A stretch of DNA of 64,000 nucleotides from an uncultured Bacteroidota bacterium (lineage in GTDB: Bacteria > Bacteroidota > Bacteroidia > AKYH767-A > OLB10), in the NCBI GenBank assembly GCA_900696575.1, contig CAADHD010000025.1, forward strand, positions 85,753-149,752. The letters run 5' to 3'. This document shows positions 28,425 to 37,841 of this stretch, piece after piece. The notes beneath the pieces were generated by a model. The model was not told the origin of the DNA and did not search any database. It was given only the letters and a program-made list of their open reading frames with translations. A program made the translations under genes and the position numbers. Position 1 is the first letter of the stretch, and every line of letters starts with the position of its first letter.

Positions 28425-30280
28425 GAACTCATTTTACTTTAGTGCTAAAGAAAGGCGCATCAGCCGGCATCCTGATGTTGTTGACTGCATGCTATCAGGC
28501 AAACAGTCAATCGCTTTCCGCTTCCGTGTCACGAAATCCTGTAGCCGTTGGCGAACAATTTCAACTTACTTTTACCCTGAATGCCACAGGAAGTAATTTC
28601 GAAGGTCCATCGCTGAGCGATTTTTTTGTACTAAGCGGCCCCAATCAGTCTTCAAGTGTTCAGATTATCAATGGCAGCATTTCGCAATCGCAGTCTTTTA
28701 CTTATTACCTTCAGGCAAAAACAGAAGGGCAATTTAAAATCGGCTCTGCATCCATCATCAGCAATGGAAAAAAATTAGAATCTCCGCCTTTTACGCTTAC
28801 GGTGACCAAAGGCCAGCCACAACAGTCAACTCAGCAAGGCCAGCCACAGCGCCAGGAAAGCGATGGCGTAACGGGCAATGATGTTTTTATACGTGCTATT
28901 GTTGACAAAACCAATGTGTACCGTGGAGAAGGTATCTCCATCACTTACCGTTTGTACACCCGCGTGCAATTGGTCAATTATGCCATAACCAAAGCGGCCA
29001 CTCTAAATGGTTTTTATACACAAGATGTGCCTTTGCCGGCCCAACTAGATATCAGCAGGGTGGAAACCATTAATGGTGTGCAATACAATTATGGCGATAT
29101 CCGAAAAATTATTGCCTTTCCTCAGCAAAGCGGCTCGCTTACCATTGACCCAATGGAAGGTGAATGCATTGCGCGGGTGCGGGTTCAACGCAAACGAAAC
29201 CCTAACGACCCGTTTGATGTTTTCAATGATCCGTTTTTTAATGATCCGTTCTTCGGCCGCGGAGTACGCGATGTGAAGATAGCATTAACCAGTACGCCAA
29301 TAAAAATCACGGTTAAAGATTTACCTGCCGGTGCCCCTGCTTCGTTTAAAGGAATGGTCGGTAAGTTTTCTTTTGAAGCAAAACTTGATAAAGATGTTAC
29401 CAATACCAATGAAGCCGTTGCGCTAAGAATAAAACTGAACGGAAAAGGGAATATCAAACTGTTTGATGCCCCGCCACTCGATGTTCCTCCCGGCATTGAA
29501 TCGTATGAACCGAAACAGAATGATAACATAAATGTAAATGCTAACGGTGTTTCGGGCTCACGCTTATATGAATACCTGCTCATACCCCGCAATGAAGGTC
29601 AGTATGAAATTCCAGCGGTTGAACTCTCCTATTTCGATCTGGAGAAAAAAGCCTATCAGACATTCACCTCACCGGCTTTCAAACTTAAAGTTAACAAAGG
29701 AACCGGCAGCTCTTCAGTTTCTGTAGCATTATCCCCCTCCAAAAGCGAAGTGCAGTTACTGGGCAAAGACATACGCTTCATCAAAACCGGGCCAGTTGCT
29801 TTTATCAGAATGGATGAATCGGCTGGTACTGACTTTACCTGGTGGATGATGGCTTTGATTCCTGTAGTTCTTATTATCCTGCTGCTCATTATGAAAAACA
29901 GAATTGAAGCCATGAATGCAGACGCTGTGCTGATGCGAAGCCGAAAAGCCGCATCCATAGCCAAAAAGAAATTATCAGCCGCAAAAAAACATCTGGATAA
30001 AAATGAGCATGAACAGTTTTATACCGAGGTAACCCGTGCCCTTTGGGAATTTACAGGTGGAAAACTGAACATTCTTCCTTCTGCACTTTCAAAAGAAACG
30101 GCAACTGAAGAAATGAAAAAGCGAATGGTACCGGAAGAAATTATTAAGCAGTTCAATAATACGATTGATGCCTGCGAAATGTCGCGTTATGCAGGTGGCT
30201 ATACTACGCAGAGCAGTGCTGCCGTTTATGCTGATGCCGTGAATATAATTTCTGTCTTACAGGAAAAATTGAAACGATGA
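28418..30280 (+). CDS. batD: aerotolerance protein BatD
   Basis: 620 aa, with an N-terminal signal, a C-terminal TM helix and a cytoplasmic tail. Operon position matches batD. Confidence 0.75.
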   Translation: MVRTHFTLVLKKGASAGILMLLTACYQANSQSLSASVSRNPVAVGEQFQLTFTLNATGSNFEGPSLSDFFVLSGPNQSSSVQIINGSISQSQSFTYYLQAKTEGQFKIGSASIISNGKKLESPPFTLTVTKGQPQQSTQQGQPQRQESDGVTGNDVFIRAIVDKTNVYRGEGISITYRLYTRVQLVNYAITKAATLNGFYTQDVPLPAQLDISRVETINGVQYNYGDIRKIIAFPQQSGSLTIDPMEGECIARVRVQRKRNPNDPFDVFNDPFFNDPFFGRGVRDVKIALTSTPIKITVKDLPAGAPASFKGMVGKFSFEAKLDKDVTNTNEAVALRIKLNGKGNIKLFDAPPLDVPPGIESYEPKQNDNINVNANGVSGSRLYEYLLIPRNEGQYEIPAVELSYFDLEKKAYQTFTSPAFKLKVNKGTGSSSVSVALSPSKSEVQLLGKDIRFIKTGPVAFIRMDESAGTDFTWWMMALIPVVLIILLLIMKNRIEAMNADAVLMRSRKAASIAKKKLSAAKKHLDKNEHEQFYTEVTRALWEFTGGKLNILPSALSKETATEEMKKRMVPEEIIKQFNNTIDACEMSRYAGGYTTQSSAAVYADAVNIISVLQEKLKR

Positions 30281-31074
30281 TAAACAGGTTCATACATTCG
30301 GGTATCTTCTTACGGTCAAAATACGTGATCCATGCATTGATGGTGCTGCTCATGCTGCCGCTTACCTCCATCGCTAAAATGCAAACTGAACAATTTAAAC
30401 TGGCAAACGAACATTTTCAGAAAGGAAACTACAAAGAAGCCATTCAGCAATACGAAGCCATTATTAATGCAGGATATGAAGCTCCGGAGTTGTACTTCAA
30501 CCTCGGAAATGCTCATTATAAAAATTCAAACATTCCGGCTGCTATACTCAATTACGAGCGTGCGCTGAAACTGTCTCCTGGCGATACCGACACTGAATTT
30601 AATTTGAAATTAGCCAATAGCCAGACAATTGATAAAATTGAATCCTTACCTGAAGTTTTTTACAAAAGATGGCTTAACAAGTGGCTGATGAACACTCCGG
30701 CCGAAAATAAATTCAGTTGGGTTATTATTCTTTTATGGATTTGTTTGGCATGGACTGCAGCCTGGTTGTTTATTCCGGTACGATGGATAAAGCAAATCGC
30801 TTTTGCTTGTGCTTTGATAAGTCTGTCAGGAAGCATTTCAGTTTATGCCATTGCCACATGGCAGCAAAAACAAATTCGCTCGGATAATTATGCCATCATT
30901 TTTCAATCGAATGTATATGTAAAATCATCGCCAGATGAAAAAAGTGCCAATCTGTTTATGCTTCATGGCGGAACAAAAGTGAAAATGATGGATGAACTGA
31001 GCGGTTGGAAACGCATCCGGCTCCCTAACGGTCATGAAGGCTGGATTCAGGAAAATGCTTTGGAGAAAATCTGA
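30277..31074 (+). CDS. batE: aerotolerance protein BatE (TPR plus a C-terminal SH3b-like domain)
   Basis: TPR repeats, a TM helix and a C-terminal SH3-like region GWKRIRLPNGHEGWI. Confidence 0.65.
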   Translation: MINRFIHSGIFLRSKYVIHALMVLLMLPLTSIAKMQTEQFKLANEHFQKGNYKEAIQQYEAIINAGYEAPELYFNLGNAHYKNSNIPAAILNYERALKLSPGDTDTEFNLKLANSQTIDKIESLPEVFYKRWLNKWLMNTPAENKFSWVIILLWICLAWTAAWLFIPVRWIKQIAFACALISLSGSISVYAIATWQQKQIRSDNYAIIFQSNVYVKSSPDEKSANLFMLHGGTKVKMMDELSGWKRIRLPNGHEGWIQENALEKI

Positions 31075-31100
31075 ATATTCTGCTCCTTCAGAATAAGTTT
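31075..31100. terminator. weak bidirectional hairpin between the convergent batE and pyrD genes
   Basis: 7-bp stem TATTCTG / CAGAATA with a 6-nt loop, followed by GTTTT on the plus strand and U-rich sequence on the minus strand. Confidence 0.3.
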
Positions 31101-32119
31101 TAGGCTAATGACTTCTCAATTCTTTTCACCAAAGCCGGCCCTTCGTAAATAAACCCTGTGTAAACCTGAACCAGATCAGCACCAATTTTTATTTTTTCAA
31201 GGGCATCCTCAGGCGAGTGTATTCCACCACTGGCAATTAATGAAAATCTCTTTCTGCGGTGAGCAGCAATATACGCCAATACTTCATCGCTTTTCTTTTT
31301 AACGGGTTTGCCGCTTAATCCGCCAACTTGATTAACCAGATCAGAATTTGATTTCAATCCATCGCGGCTTATCGTAGTGTTGGCTGCAATTATGCCGGCA
31401 AGATTCGTTTCTTCAACAATAGAAATTATTTGATCAAGCTGCGTTTCAGTAAGATCAGGAGCTATTTTAAGAAAAACCGGTTTCTTAAAAGGCATTTTCT
31501 TATTCTCTTCCTGCAATACATTCAGAATTTTGCGGAGCATATCGCCATCCTGCAATTCGCGTAGTCCGGGGGTGTTTGGCGAACTTACATTCACCGTAAA
31601 AAAATCAACAACCGGGAATAACTTATTAAAACAATACAGGTAGTCGTCTGCTGCATTCTCATTGGGTGTGTCTTTGTTCTTTCCAATGTTTCCTCCAACG
31701 ATGAGTTTACTTTTTCGTTTGCTTAATCGCAGGGCAATAGCATCTGCACCGTCATTGTTAAATCCCATACGGTTAATGATGGCTTCGTCTTTCGGCAATC
31801 TGAACAGTCTGGGTTTGGGATTGCCGGCCTGTGGCCGCGGAGTGATGGTTCCAACTTCAATGAAAGAAAACCCGAAATACTCCCATTCATCCACAAGCAT
31901 TGCATTCTTATCAAATCCTGCGGCCAGTCCAACCCTGCCGGGAAATGCAAGGCCATTTAGTACAACAGGATTTGTTTGGTGTTGACAAAAAATCTTTCTC
32001 AGCAATAAACTTAAAAACGGAATCCTAACCAACCGTTTAATACAGCGAAAAGTGAAATGATGGGCCTGTTCGGCATCCATCATAAAAAGTAAAGGGCGGA
32101 TGATTGCCTTATAAATCAT
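31100..32119 (-). CDS. pyrD: dihydroorotate dehydrogenase (quinone), class 2
   Basis: N-terminal membrane-association helix and the FMN-binding TIM-barrel motifs GGIHSPEDA and GADLVQVYTG. Confidence 0.85.
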   Translation of the reverse strand: MIYKAIIRPLLFMMDAEQAHHFTFRCIKRLVRIPFLSLLLRKIFCQHQTNPVVLNGLAFPGRVGLAAGFDKNAMLVDEWEYFGFSFIEVGTITPRPQAGNPKPRLFRLPKDEAIINRMGFNNDGADAIALRLSKRKSKLIVGGNIGKNKDTPNENAADDYLYCFNKLFPVVDFFTVNVSSPNTPGLRELQDGDMLRKILNVLQEENKKMPFKKPVFLKIAPDLTETQLDQIISIVEETNLAGIIAANTTISRDGLKSNSDLVNQVGGLSGKPVKKKSDEVLAYIAAHRRKRFSLIASGGIHSPEDALEKIKIGADLVQVYTGFIYEGPALVKRIEKSLA

Positions 32120-32142
32120 GACGCAAAAGTAATCGGCAGGTT

Positions 32143-32175
32143 GCTAAACTATTTTAGGCTAATCTAAATTATTTT
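32143..32175. promoter_or_regulatory. operator-like repeats: direct repeat CTAAA-N-TATTTTA x2 enclosing the inverted repeat TTTTAG-N6-CTAAAT
   Basis: Read from the sequence. It resembles DtxR/MntR-type AT-rich palindromic boxes and lies immediately upstream of and abutting the -7 box of the regulator gene. Confidence 0.35.
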
Positions 32176-32183
32176 ATATGTTT
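32176..32183 (+). promoter_or_regulatory. -7 promoter box TATGTTTG (TAnnTTTG) for the dtxR-like/mntH operon
   Basis: Perfect consensus match 16 nt upstream of the start codon, with a TTG triplet about 35 nt upstream of the box. Confidence 0.4.
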
Positions 32184-32198
32184 GCCAAAATTTAAATT

Positions 32199-32864
32199 AT
32201 GCCATCCCTTACGGCTGAGAATTACCTGAAAACGATTTATCACCTGCTGGAGCAGGAACCTGACGGAGTAACTACCAATACACTGGCCGCTTCGCTCAGT
32301 ATAAAACCCGCTACGGTTACCGACATGCTACGTAAGCTTTCAACAGACAAATTGGTGAAACATGAGAAGTACTATGGCGTTACCTTAACGGATAAAGGCC
32401 GTAAAACAGCACTTGAAATCATCCGCAGACACAGATTATGGGAAGTTTTTCTTGCGCAGAAACTGCAGTTTGCATGGGACGAAGTTCATGACATGGCTGA
32501 GCAGTTAGAGCATGTTCAATCTGATGAATTAATTGAGCGATTAGATAAATTTTTAGGTTATCCGAAAACCGACCCTCATGGCGACCCGATACCTGATAAG
32601 AGAGGAAAAATTTCCATCCATGATTTCAAACCGTTATGTGTACTGACGCAAAAACAAACCGGAGTAATCTCAGGAGTAACGGAACATTCGCCTTCCTTTC
32701 TGCAATACCTCGAAAAAAACGGATTGAGCCTTGGTAATGAGATTGAAGTAATGGAAGTACATGCTTTTGATATGTCAGCCGATGTAAAACTGAATCAGAA
32801 GAAAGTTATTCACCTGAGTTATGATGTAACGAAAAACATTTTGATAAAGCAACATGGAAAGTAA
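32199..32864 (+). CDS. DtxR/MntR-family metal-dependent transcriptional regulator with a C-terminal FeoA-like domain
   Basis: Helix-turn-helix region NTLAASLSIKPATVTDMLRKL, a metal-binding and dimerisation region, and an SH3-like C-terminus. Confidence 0.85.
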   Translation: MPSLTAENYLKTIYHLLEQEPDGVTTNTLAASLSIKPATVTDMLRKLSTDKLVKHEKYYGVTLTDKGRKTALEIIRRHRLWEVFLAQKLQFAWDEVHDMAEQLEHVQSDELIERLDKFLGYPKTDPHGDPIPDKRGKISIHDFKPLCVLTQKQTGVISGVTEHSPSFLQYLEKNGLSLGNEIEVMEVHAFDMSADVKLNQKKVIHLSYDVTKNILIKQHGK

Positions 32865-34728
32865 TACAATACGCCCTTCCCTTTCGGAAGTAAATGCATC
32901 GGTTGACACGAATAAAAAATCTGTCGGAAAAAAACTGCTGGCTTTTTTGGGTCCGGCATATTTAGTCAGTGTCGGGTACATGGATCCGGGTAACTGGGCG
33001 ACCGATCTTGCCGGAGGCAGCAGGTATGGATATACCCTGATATGGGTTTTGCTGATGAGCAACCTGATTGCATTGCTGCTGCAAAGTTTATGCGCCCGGT
33101 TAGGAATAGTGCGCAGCCGCGATCTGGCTCAGGCTTCGCGTGAAATGTATCCGAAGCCCGTCAACTATTTTTTATGGTTTCTTGCCGAAATTGCAATAGC
33201 TGCCACTGATCTTGCCGAAGTTTTAGGGATGGCCATAGGTCTTCAACTGCTCTTTGATATTCCGCTCATGTGGGGAGTAACGATTACCGTACTGGATACC
33301 TTCATCGTATTGCTGCTGCTCAACCGGGGAATGCGCGCCATGGAGGCATTCATCATCACAATGGTTGCCATCATCGGTCTGTGCTTTCTGGCTCAAATGT
33401 TCTTTTCAAAGCCGGATATTGCGGAAGTAGCGGGTGGTTTAATTCCCTCCATTCCTGACAGCACCGCACTTTACATTGCCATTGGAATTATTGGGGCCAC
33501 GGTTATGCCGCATAATCTCTACCTGCATTCTTCTTTAGTACAGACACGCAAGTTTGAGCGAACATCAACAGAAATTAAAAAAGCCATCCGTTTCAATATT
33601 ATTGATTCTGCCATTGCATTAAATATGGCATTTCTTGTAAACTCAGCAATACTGATTCTTGCCGCAGCTACTTTTTATAAAAACGGTTTGTTTGAAGTTG
33701 CAGAAATTCAGGATGCTCATAAACTGCTTGAGCCTTTACTTGGCACTCAATGGGCGCCTGTACTTTTTGCCGTAGCATTGATTGCTGCCGGGCAAAGTTC
33801 AACCGTTACCGGAACCTTAGCCGGTCAAATTGTAATGGAAGGTTATTTAAACATCAGGCTTGCACCTTGGCTCAGGAGGCTGATTACCCGCTTGATTGCC
33901 ATTATTCCCGCATACATCAGCATATCTGTTTTCGGTGAAGGAAGTACCGGTGATTTGCTGGTGTTGTCTCAGGTAATTTTGAGTTTGCAGTTAGGCTTTG
34001 CCATTATTCCGTTGATTCATTTTGTAAGCGACAAAAAAGCAATGGGTCAATTCGCAGCCGGCATGTGGATTAAAATTCTTGCCTGGATTTCTGCTTTGAT
34101 TATCATTGGTTTGAATGTTCAGTTGGTCATTGAAACATTTGGCGAATGGATGACTGGTGAGTATGCCTTTGTCCTTCAACTGACAGTACTCCCGCTGGCA
34201 GTAATCACTCTTGGAGTTTTGTTATACATCTCAATTATGCCCTTATTTAAAGGAATGAAGAAAGAAGAAAGCCGGGTTCCCCATGGATTGTACGATGAGT
34301 TTCAGCTCTCCTCCCCTGTCCCTTACAAAAAAATTGCCGTTACGCTTGACTTCAGTGAACATGATCACCTTGCCATCAATCATGCATTAAAGCAAGGGGG
34401 AAAAGAGGCGGAATACCTGCTTATTCACATCACCGAGTCTCCTACGGCATTTATGTTTGGAAAAGAAACGAGGGACTATGAATCAGAATCGGACAAGATT
34501 AACATGCAGAAATATATTGATAGTCTGACTGCCCTCGGATATAAGTGTACAAAAGTGATTGGCTTCGGCAAACCGCGAAACCAGATACCCAAACTGGTAA
34601 AAGATTTTGATGCTGATCTTTTAGTTATGGGTGCTCACGGACATCAGACCATGAAAGACATTTTGTTTGGTTCAACGGTTAATGCAGTAAGACATAAAGT
34701 AAAAATTCCTGTTCTAATTGTAAGATGA
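32854..34728 (+). CDS. mntH: Nramp-family divalent metal (Mn2+/Fe2+) transporter fused to a C-terminal universal stress protein (UspA) domain
   Basis: Nramp motifs GPAYLVSVGYMDPGNWATDLAGG and MPHNLYLHS across 11-12 TM helices, followed by a roughly 140-aa Usp-like domain (LVMGAHGH...VPVLIV). Confidence 0.85.
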   Translation: MESNTIRPSLSEVNASVDTNKKSVGKKLLAFLGPAYLVSVGYMDPGNWATDLAGGSRYGYTLIWVLLMSNLIALLLQSLCARLGIVRSRDLAQASREMYPKPVNYFLWFLAEIAIAATDLAEVLGMAIGLQLLFDIPLMWGVTITVLDTFIVLLLLNRGMRAMEAFIITMVAIIGLCFLAQMFFSKPDIAEVAGGLIPSIPDSTALYIAIGIIGATVMPHNLYLHSSLVQTRKFERTSTEIKKAIRFNIIDSAIALNMAFLVNSAILILAAATFYKNGLFEVAEIQDAHKLLEPLLGTQWAPVLFAVALIAAGQSSTVTGTLAGQIVMEGYLNIRLAPWLRRLITRLIAIIPAYISISVFGEGSTGDLLVLSQVILSLQLGFAIIPLIHFVSDKKAMGQFAAGMWIKILAWISALIIIGLNVQLVIETFGEWMTGEYAFVLQLTVLPLAVITLGVLLYISIMPLFKGMKKEESRVPHGLYDEFQLSSPVPYKKIAVTLDFSEHDHLAINHALKQGGKEAEYLLIHITESPTAFMFGKETRDYESESDKINMQKYIDSLTALGYKCTKVIGFGKPRNQIPKLVKDFDADLLVMGAHGHQTMKDILFGSTVNAVRHKVKIPVLIVR

Positions 34729-35480
34729 TGATTAAAAAAGTTGTTCTGATTACATTGCTTTTGCCGGTTTCTGTTGCAGCTCAGGAACTATCAACCGACA
34801 GGCCTGATCAGACCGAAGCTCCTTTTGTGGTTCCATTCCGTACGATTCAAATCGAATGTGGATTTCTCCACAGAAATGAAAAATCCGGCAAAAGCGCTGA
34901 GCTTCCCTCTATTCTTTGGAGATTAAGTCTTTCTGAAATTATGGAAATGCGAATCATCACTACCCATTTAAAAAACAGAACTGGCGAATGGAAAGAAAAT
35001 GGAATTACACCTGTGGAGATCGGTTTTAAAATAAAGGTGTGTGATGAAAAAGGAATACGACCTCAAATCGGATTTATTCATCATTTGGTTTTGCACCGGA
35101 TTGCTTCAGAAAATTTCAAAGCAAATAATTATGCTACTAATTTTCGTTTTGCTGTACAACATAATCTGAGTGATAAAGTAAACTTAAGTTACAATGCCGG
35201 TATGGAATGGGAACCTTACCGAAGTACCGGTAATTTTGTTTACACCCTTACTTCAAGCTTTGGGATGACAGATAAACTCAGTGTTTATGTTGAGATATTC
35301 GGAACAATACCTGAACAGGAAAGCAACATACACAGTTTTGACGGAGGTATGGCTTTTCTTTTATTTCCCAACCTTCAGTTGGATGTATCAGCCGGAGCTG
35401 ATTTCAAAAACCCTTCGGAAAACTATTTTATCAGTTCCGGAATTTCGTGGAGATTTTCAACAAAGAAATATTCAAATTAA
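34725..35480 (+). CDS. outer-membrane beta-barrel protein (MetA-pathway / transporter family)
   Basis: Signal peptide, then the motif TDRPDQTEAPF typical of the Phenol_MetA_deg-like OM barrels. These are commonly linked to Nramp genes in Bacteroidota. Confidence 0.5.
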   Translation: MMIKKVVLITLLLPVSVAAQELSTDRPDQTEAPFVVPFRTIQIECGFLHRNEKSGKSAELPSILWRLSLSEIMEMRIITTHLKNRTGEWKENGITPVEIGFKIKVCDEKGIRPQIGFIHHLVLHRIASENFKANNYATNFRFAVQHNLSDKVNLSYNAGMEWEPYRSTGNFVYTLTSSFGMTDKLSVYVEIFGTIPEQESNIHSFDGGMAFLLFPNLQLDVSAGADFKNPSENYFISSGISWRFSTKKYSN

Positions 35481-35933
35481 ATTTCGGGCGCTTAAAGGTA
35501 AAAACTCAATAACACTTCCATTGTTTCTGTAAATATCCCGAAGTATGGTAGAACTGATTGCACTCAGTTCAGGCCGGCATGGAACAAACAATGTCTGAAC
35601 TTCTGCACTAAGTGACTGATTAATCTGTGCAATGGATTGCTCAAACTCAAAATCACCTGCATGACGCAGACCGCGGATGATGTATCCGGCTTTTATCTTT
35701 TTACAAAAGTCAACGGTTAAACCGCTGTATTCTGCAACTTCAATTTGTTTATTCTGCCGGAATACCGATTGGATAATCGCTTTTCTTTTTTCAAGTGGAA
35801 ACAGATACTGTTTTGAAGTATTGTTTCCGATTCCGATTACCACTTGGTCAAACAGCGGAAGAATCCGGTTTACAATGTCCTCATGGCCTTTGTGAAAAGG
35901 ATCGAAGGAGCCGGGAAACAAAGCTGTTTTCAT
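35472..35933 (-). CDS. coaD: pantetheine-phosphate adenylyltransferase
   Basis: FPGSFDPFHKGHEDIV (the T/HxGH nucleotidyltransferase motif). Confidence 0.85.
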   Translation of the reverse strand: MKTALFPGSFDPFHKGHEDIVNRILPLFDQVVIGIGNNTSKQYLFPLEKRKAIIQSVFRQNKQIEVAEYSGLTVDFCKKIKAGYIIRGLRHAGDFEFEQSIAQINQSLSAEVQTLFVPCRPELSAISSTILRDIYRNNGSVIEFLPLSARNLI

Positions 35934-35935
35934 AG

Positions 35936-36478
35936 TTATTTTGTTTGAGCAAAGAAACTGAATGCAACATTACCGAACCTGCGCGATTCAGTAAAATACT
36001 TTTGTTCTTCAAATTTGTCTGTAGCCTGATGCTCCAGAACAAAAAGGCCATTCTGAGTGAACGATTTTTCCATAACCAATTCAATCAGTTTTTCATAAAG
36101 TTCATAACCGAAATCAAAAGGAGGATCAGCAAAAACAAGATCGTAAACCGGTTGGCAGGTTTTCAGAAAACGGAATGCTTCCGAGTGAATAATAACTGCA
36201 TTCTCTTCTTCAAACATTTCAGCCGTTTTTTTCAGGTGAAGGATGCTGCGCTTATCACTGTCTAACATGGTTACGCGTTCACATCCGCGTGAGAGCAATT
36301 CAAAGCCAATGCTGCCGGTGCCTGCAAATAGATCGAGGGCATGAGTACCTTCAACATTCAAACGGTGCTCCATCATGCTGAACAAACCGGTTCGTGCAAA
36401 ATCGGTAGTTGGACGCGTATGCCGGAGCCATGTGTCAGGAATTTTCCGGCTTTTATACTTGCCGGAAATTATTCGCAT
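35936..36478 (-). CDS. rsmD: 16S rRNA (guanine966-N2)-methyltransferase
   Basis: MRIISGKYKSRKI N-terminus, the SAM motif DLFAGTGSIGFE and DPPF. The start was moved to the internal Met of the track ORF. Confidence 0.8.
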   Translation of the reverse strand: MRIISGKYKSRKIPDTWLRHTRPTTDFARTGLFSMMEHRLNVEGTHALDLFAGTGSIGFELLSRGCERVTMLDSDKRSILHLKKTAEMFEEENAVIIHSEAFRFLKTCQPVYDLVFADPPFDFGYELYEKLIELVMEKSFTQNGLFVLEHQATDKFEEQKYFTESRRFGNVAFSFFAQTK

Positions 36479-37281
36479 AATAATGCATTGCAAAGAAACG
36501 GAAACAGCCATTCCGAATCTTGATTTTTATGAGGCTTTAGCACATCCATCGAGATAAAAGCAGGAATAAAGTTCCGGCAAACGGTAAGTAAGTTTTCATT
36601 ATCCATTGAAGCTTTGAAATAAACTGTCTGCCTTACCGGCTCCATTTCCAATTGTTCCATTACAAAGAGTGTGTAATAGGCTACATCTTCTGCACTGTTA
36701 ACTTCAAATGAATTGTAAAAAAGCGGAGTTCCTTCATTTACTGCATAAATAAACAATCTTTTTTGATACAGTTCAATGACCATTGAAGGCTGCTTCAGTT
36801 TAGCATGATTCATCATCCACCATAAAACCGGAAGCGAATGGTGCATCAGTACCGCTCCCGGAAACTGATTTCTGATTAGCGCAAGAAGGCTTTTTCCGGC
36901 CAGAAAGCATACAACAGCCGGAAAAGAAGCCGGTTTATGTTCTGCTACTTCATAATGGTCATTCACCGTGAAAAACCTGTGTAACAATTCGTCCCGGTTT
37001 TTACGGAATACTTCGGGGAGAAGTAACGCTGCATCCGCGCGGAACAACACCAAAGCAGGAAGAGATTGTTTCAGAGCTGCAATTTTGCTTTGAGAAAACC
37101 ATTCATCAATCCATTCCTCAAAACTGAATTGCTCAAAGGCGAGAACATTTTCATTATCCAGTAAGGCTATAGACAGATGGTTTGATTCAATCATCAGGCA
37201 CTGGCGGGCATGAATAGCCGATTCGTAATGATCGGTAAAGAATGACTTATTCAGCAGCAGGCTATTCCCAATTTCCGGCAT
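36469..37281 (-). CDS. hypothetical protein (DUF3822-like, conserved next to rsmD/coaD in Bacteroidota)
   Basis: ORF only; no catalytic motif recognised. Confidence 0.4.
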   Translation of the reverse strand: MPEIGNSLLLNKSFFTDHYESAIHARQCLMIESNHLSIALLDNENVLAFEQFSFEEWIDEWFSQSKIAALKQSLPALVLFRADAALLLPEVFRKNRDELLHRFFTVNDHYEVAEHKPASFPAVVCFLAGKSLLALIRNQFPGAVLMHHSLPVLWWMMNHAKLKQPSMVIELYQKRLFIYAVNEGTPLFYNSFEVNSAEDVAYYTLFVMEQLEMEPVRQTVYFKASMDNENLLTVCRNFIPAFISMDVLKPHKNQDSEWLFPFLCNALLCE

Positions 37282-37786
37282 TGGTAGGTTCAGTCATCGA
37301 ACCGACTTTAAGAACATGCTTTGGATCGAACGGTTTGGTATCAACCACTTCGAACACATTGACCATTACATTACCTTTTTCAATTTTACCGGCACTCATT
37401 TTAAACTTAGCGCCATCACCAAAAGGAATAATCGGAAGTGAATCAATGGCATCGGCTCTGCCTTTGAAAAGCGAATCGCGAACCGGAACAAAGGTAGTAT
37501 CACGGATGACTACGGCTGTGCTGTCTTCAGGATCGCCAATCTGTTTTACAACAGTAAAATTTCCGTTTTTCAAAAACTGAATGAGCGATTCAAAATTCTC
37601 GGCATACTCTCCTTTTTCGGCACGGTAGGCTGTTTGCGCTGTCCGGATTTCCTTAAGCCTTTCAATTACTTTTCCGTAACGCATTTTCTTTTCTTTTTGC
37701 CAGTCAATCGGGTCTTTTATTCCTTTATAAATCAAAAAGGCAAGCACAAGGCTTATCACAGTCAAAACTATTCTTGCGATTTTCAT
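37262..37786 (-). CDS. hypothetical N-terminally membrane-anchored protein
   Basis: One N-terminal TM helix followed by a soluble domain. Confidence 0.35.
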   Translation of the reverse strand: MKIARIVLTVISLVLAFLIYKGIKDPIDWQKEKKMRYGKVIERLKEIRTAQTAYRAEKGEYAENFESLIQFLKNGNFTVVKQIGDPEDSTAVVIRDTTFVPVRDSLFKGRADAIDSLPIIPFGDGAKFKMSAGKIEKGNVMVNVFEVVDTKPFDPKHVLKVGSMTEPTNAGNWE

Positions 37787-37841
37787 AAGAAGTCGGTAGG
37801 ATTTATTTCGGGGGTAAAACTAACATTTTCCTGTTATGCCA

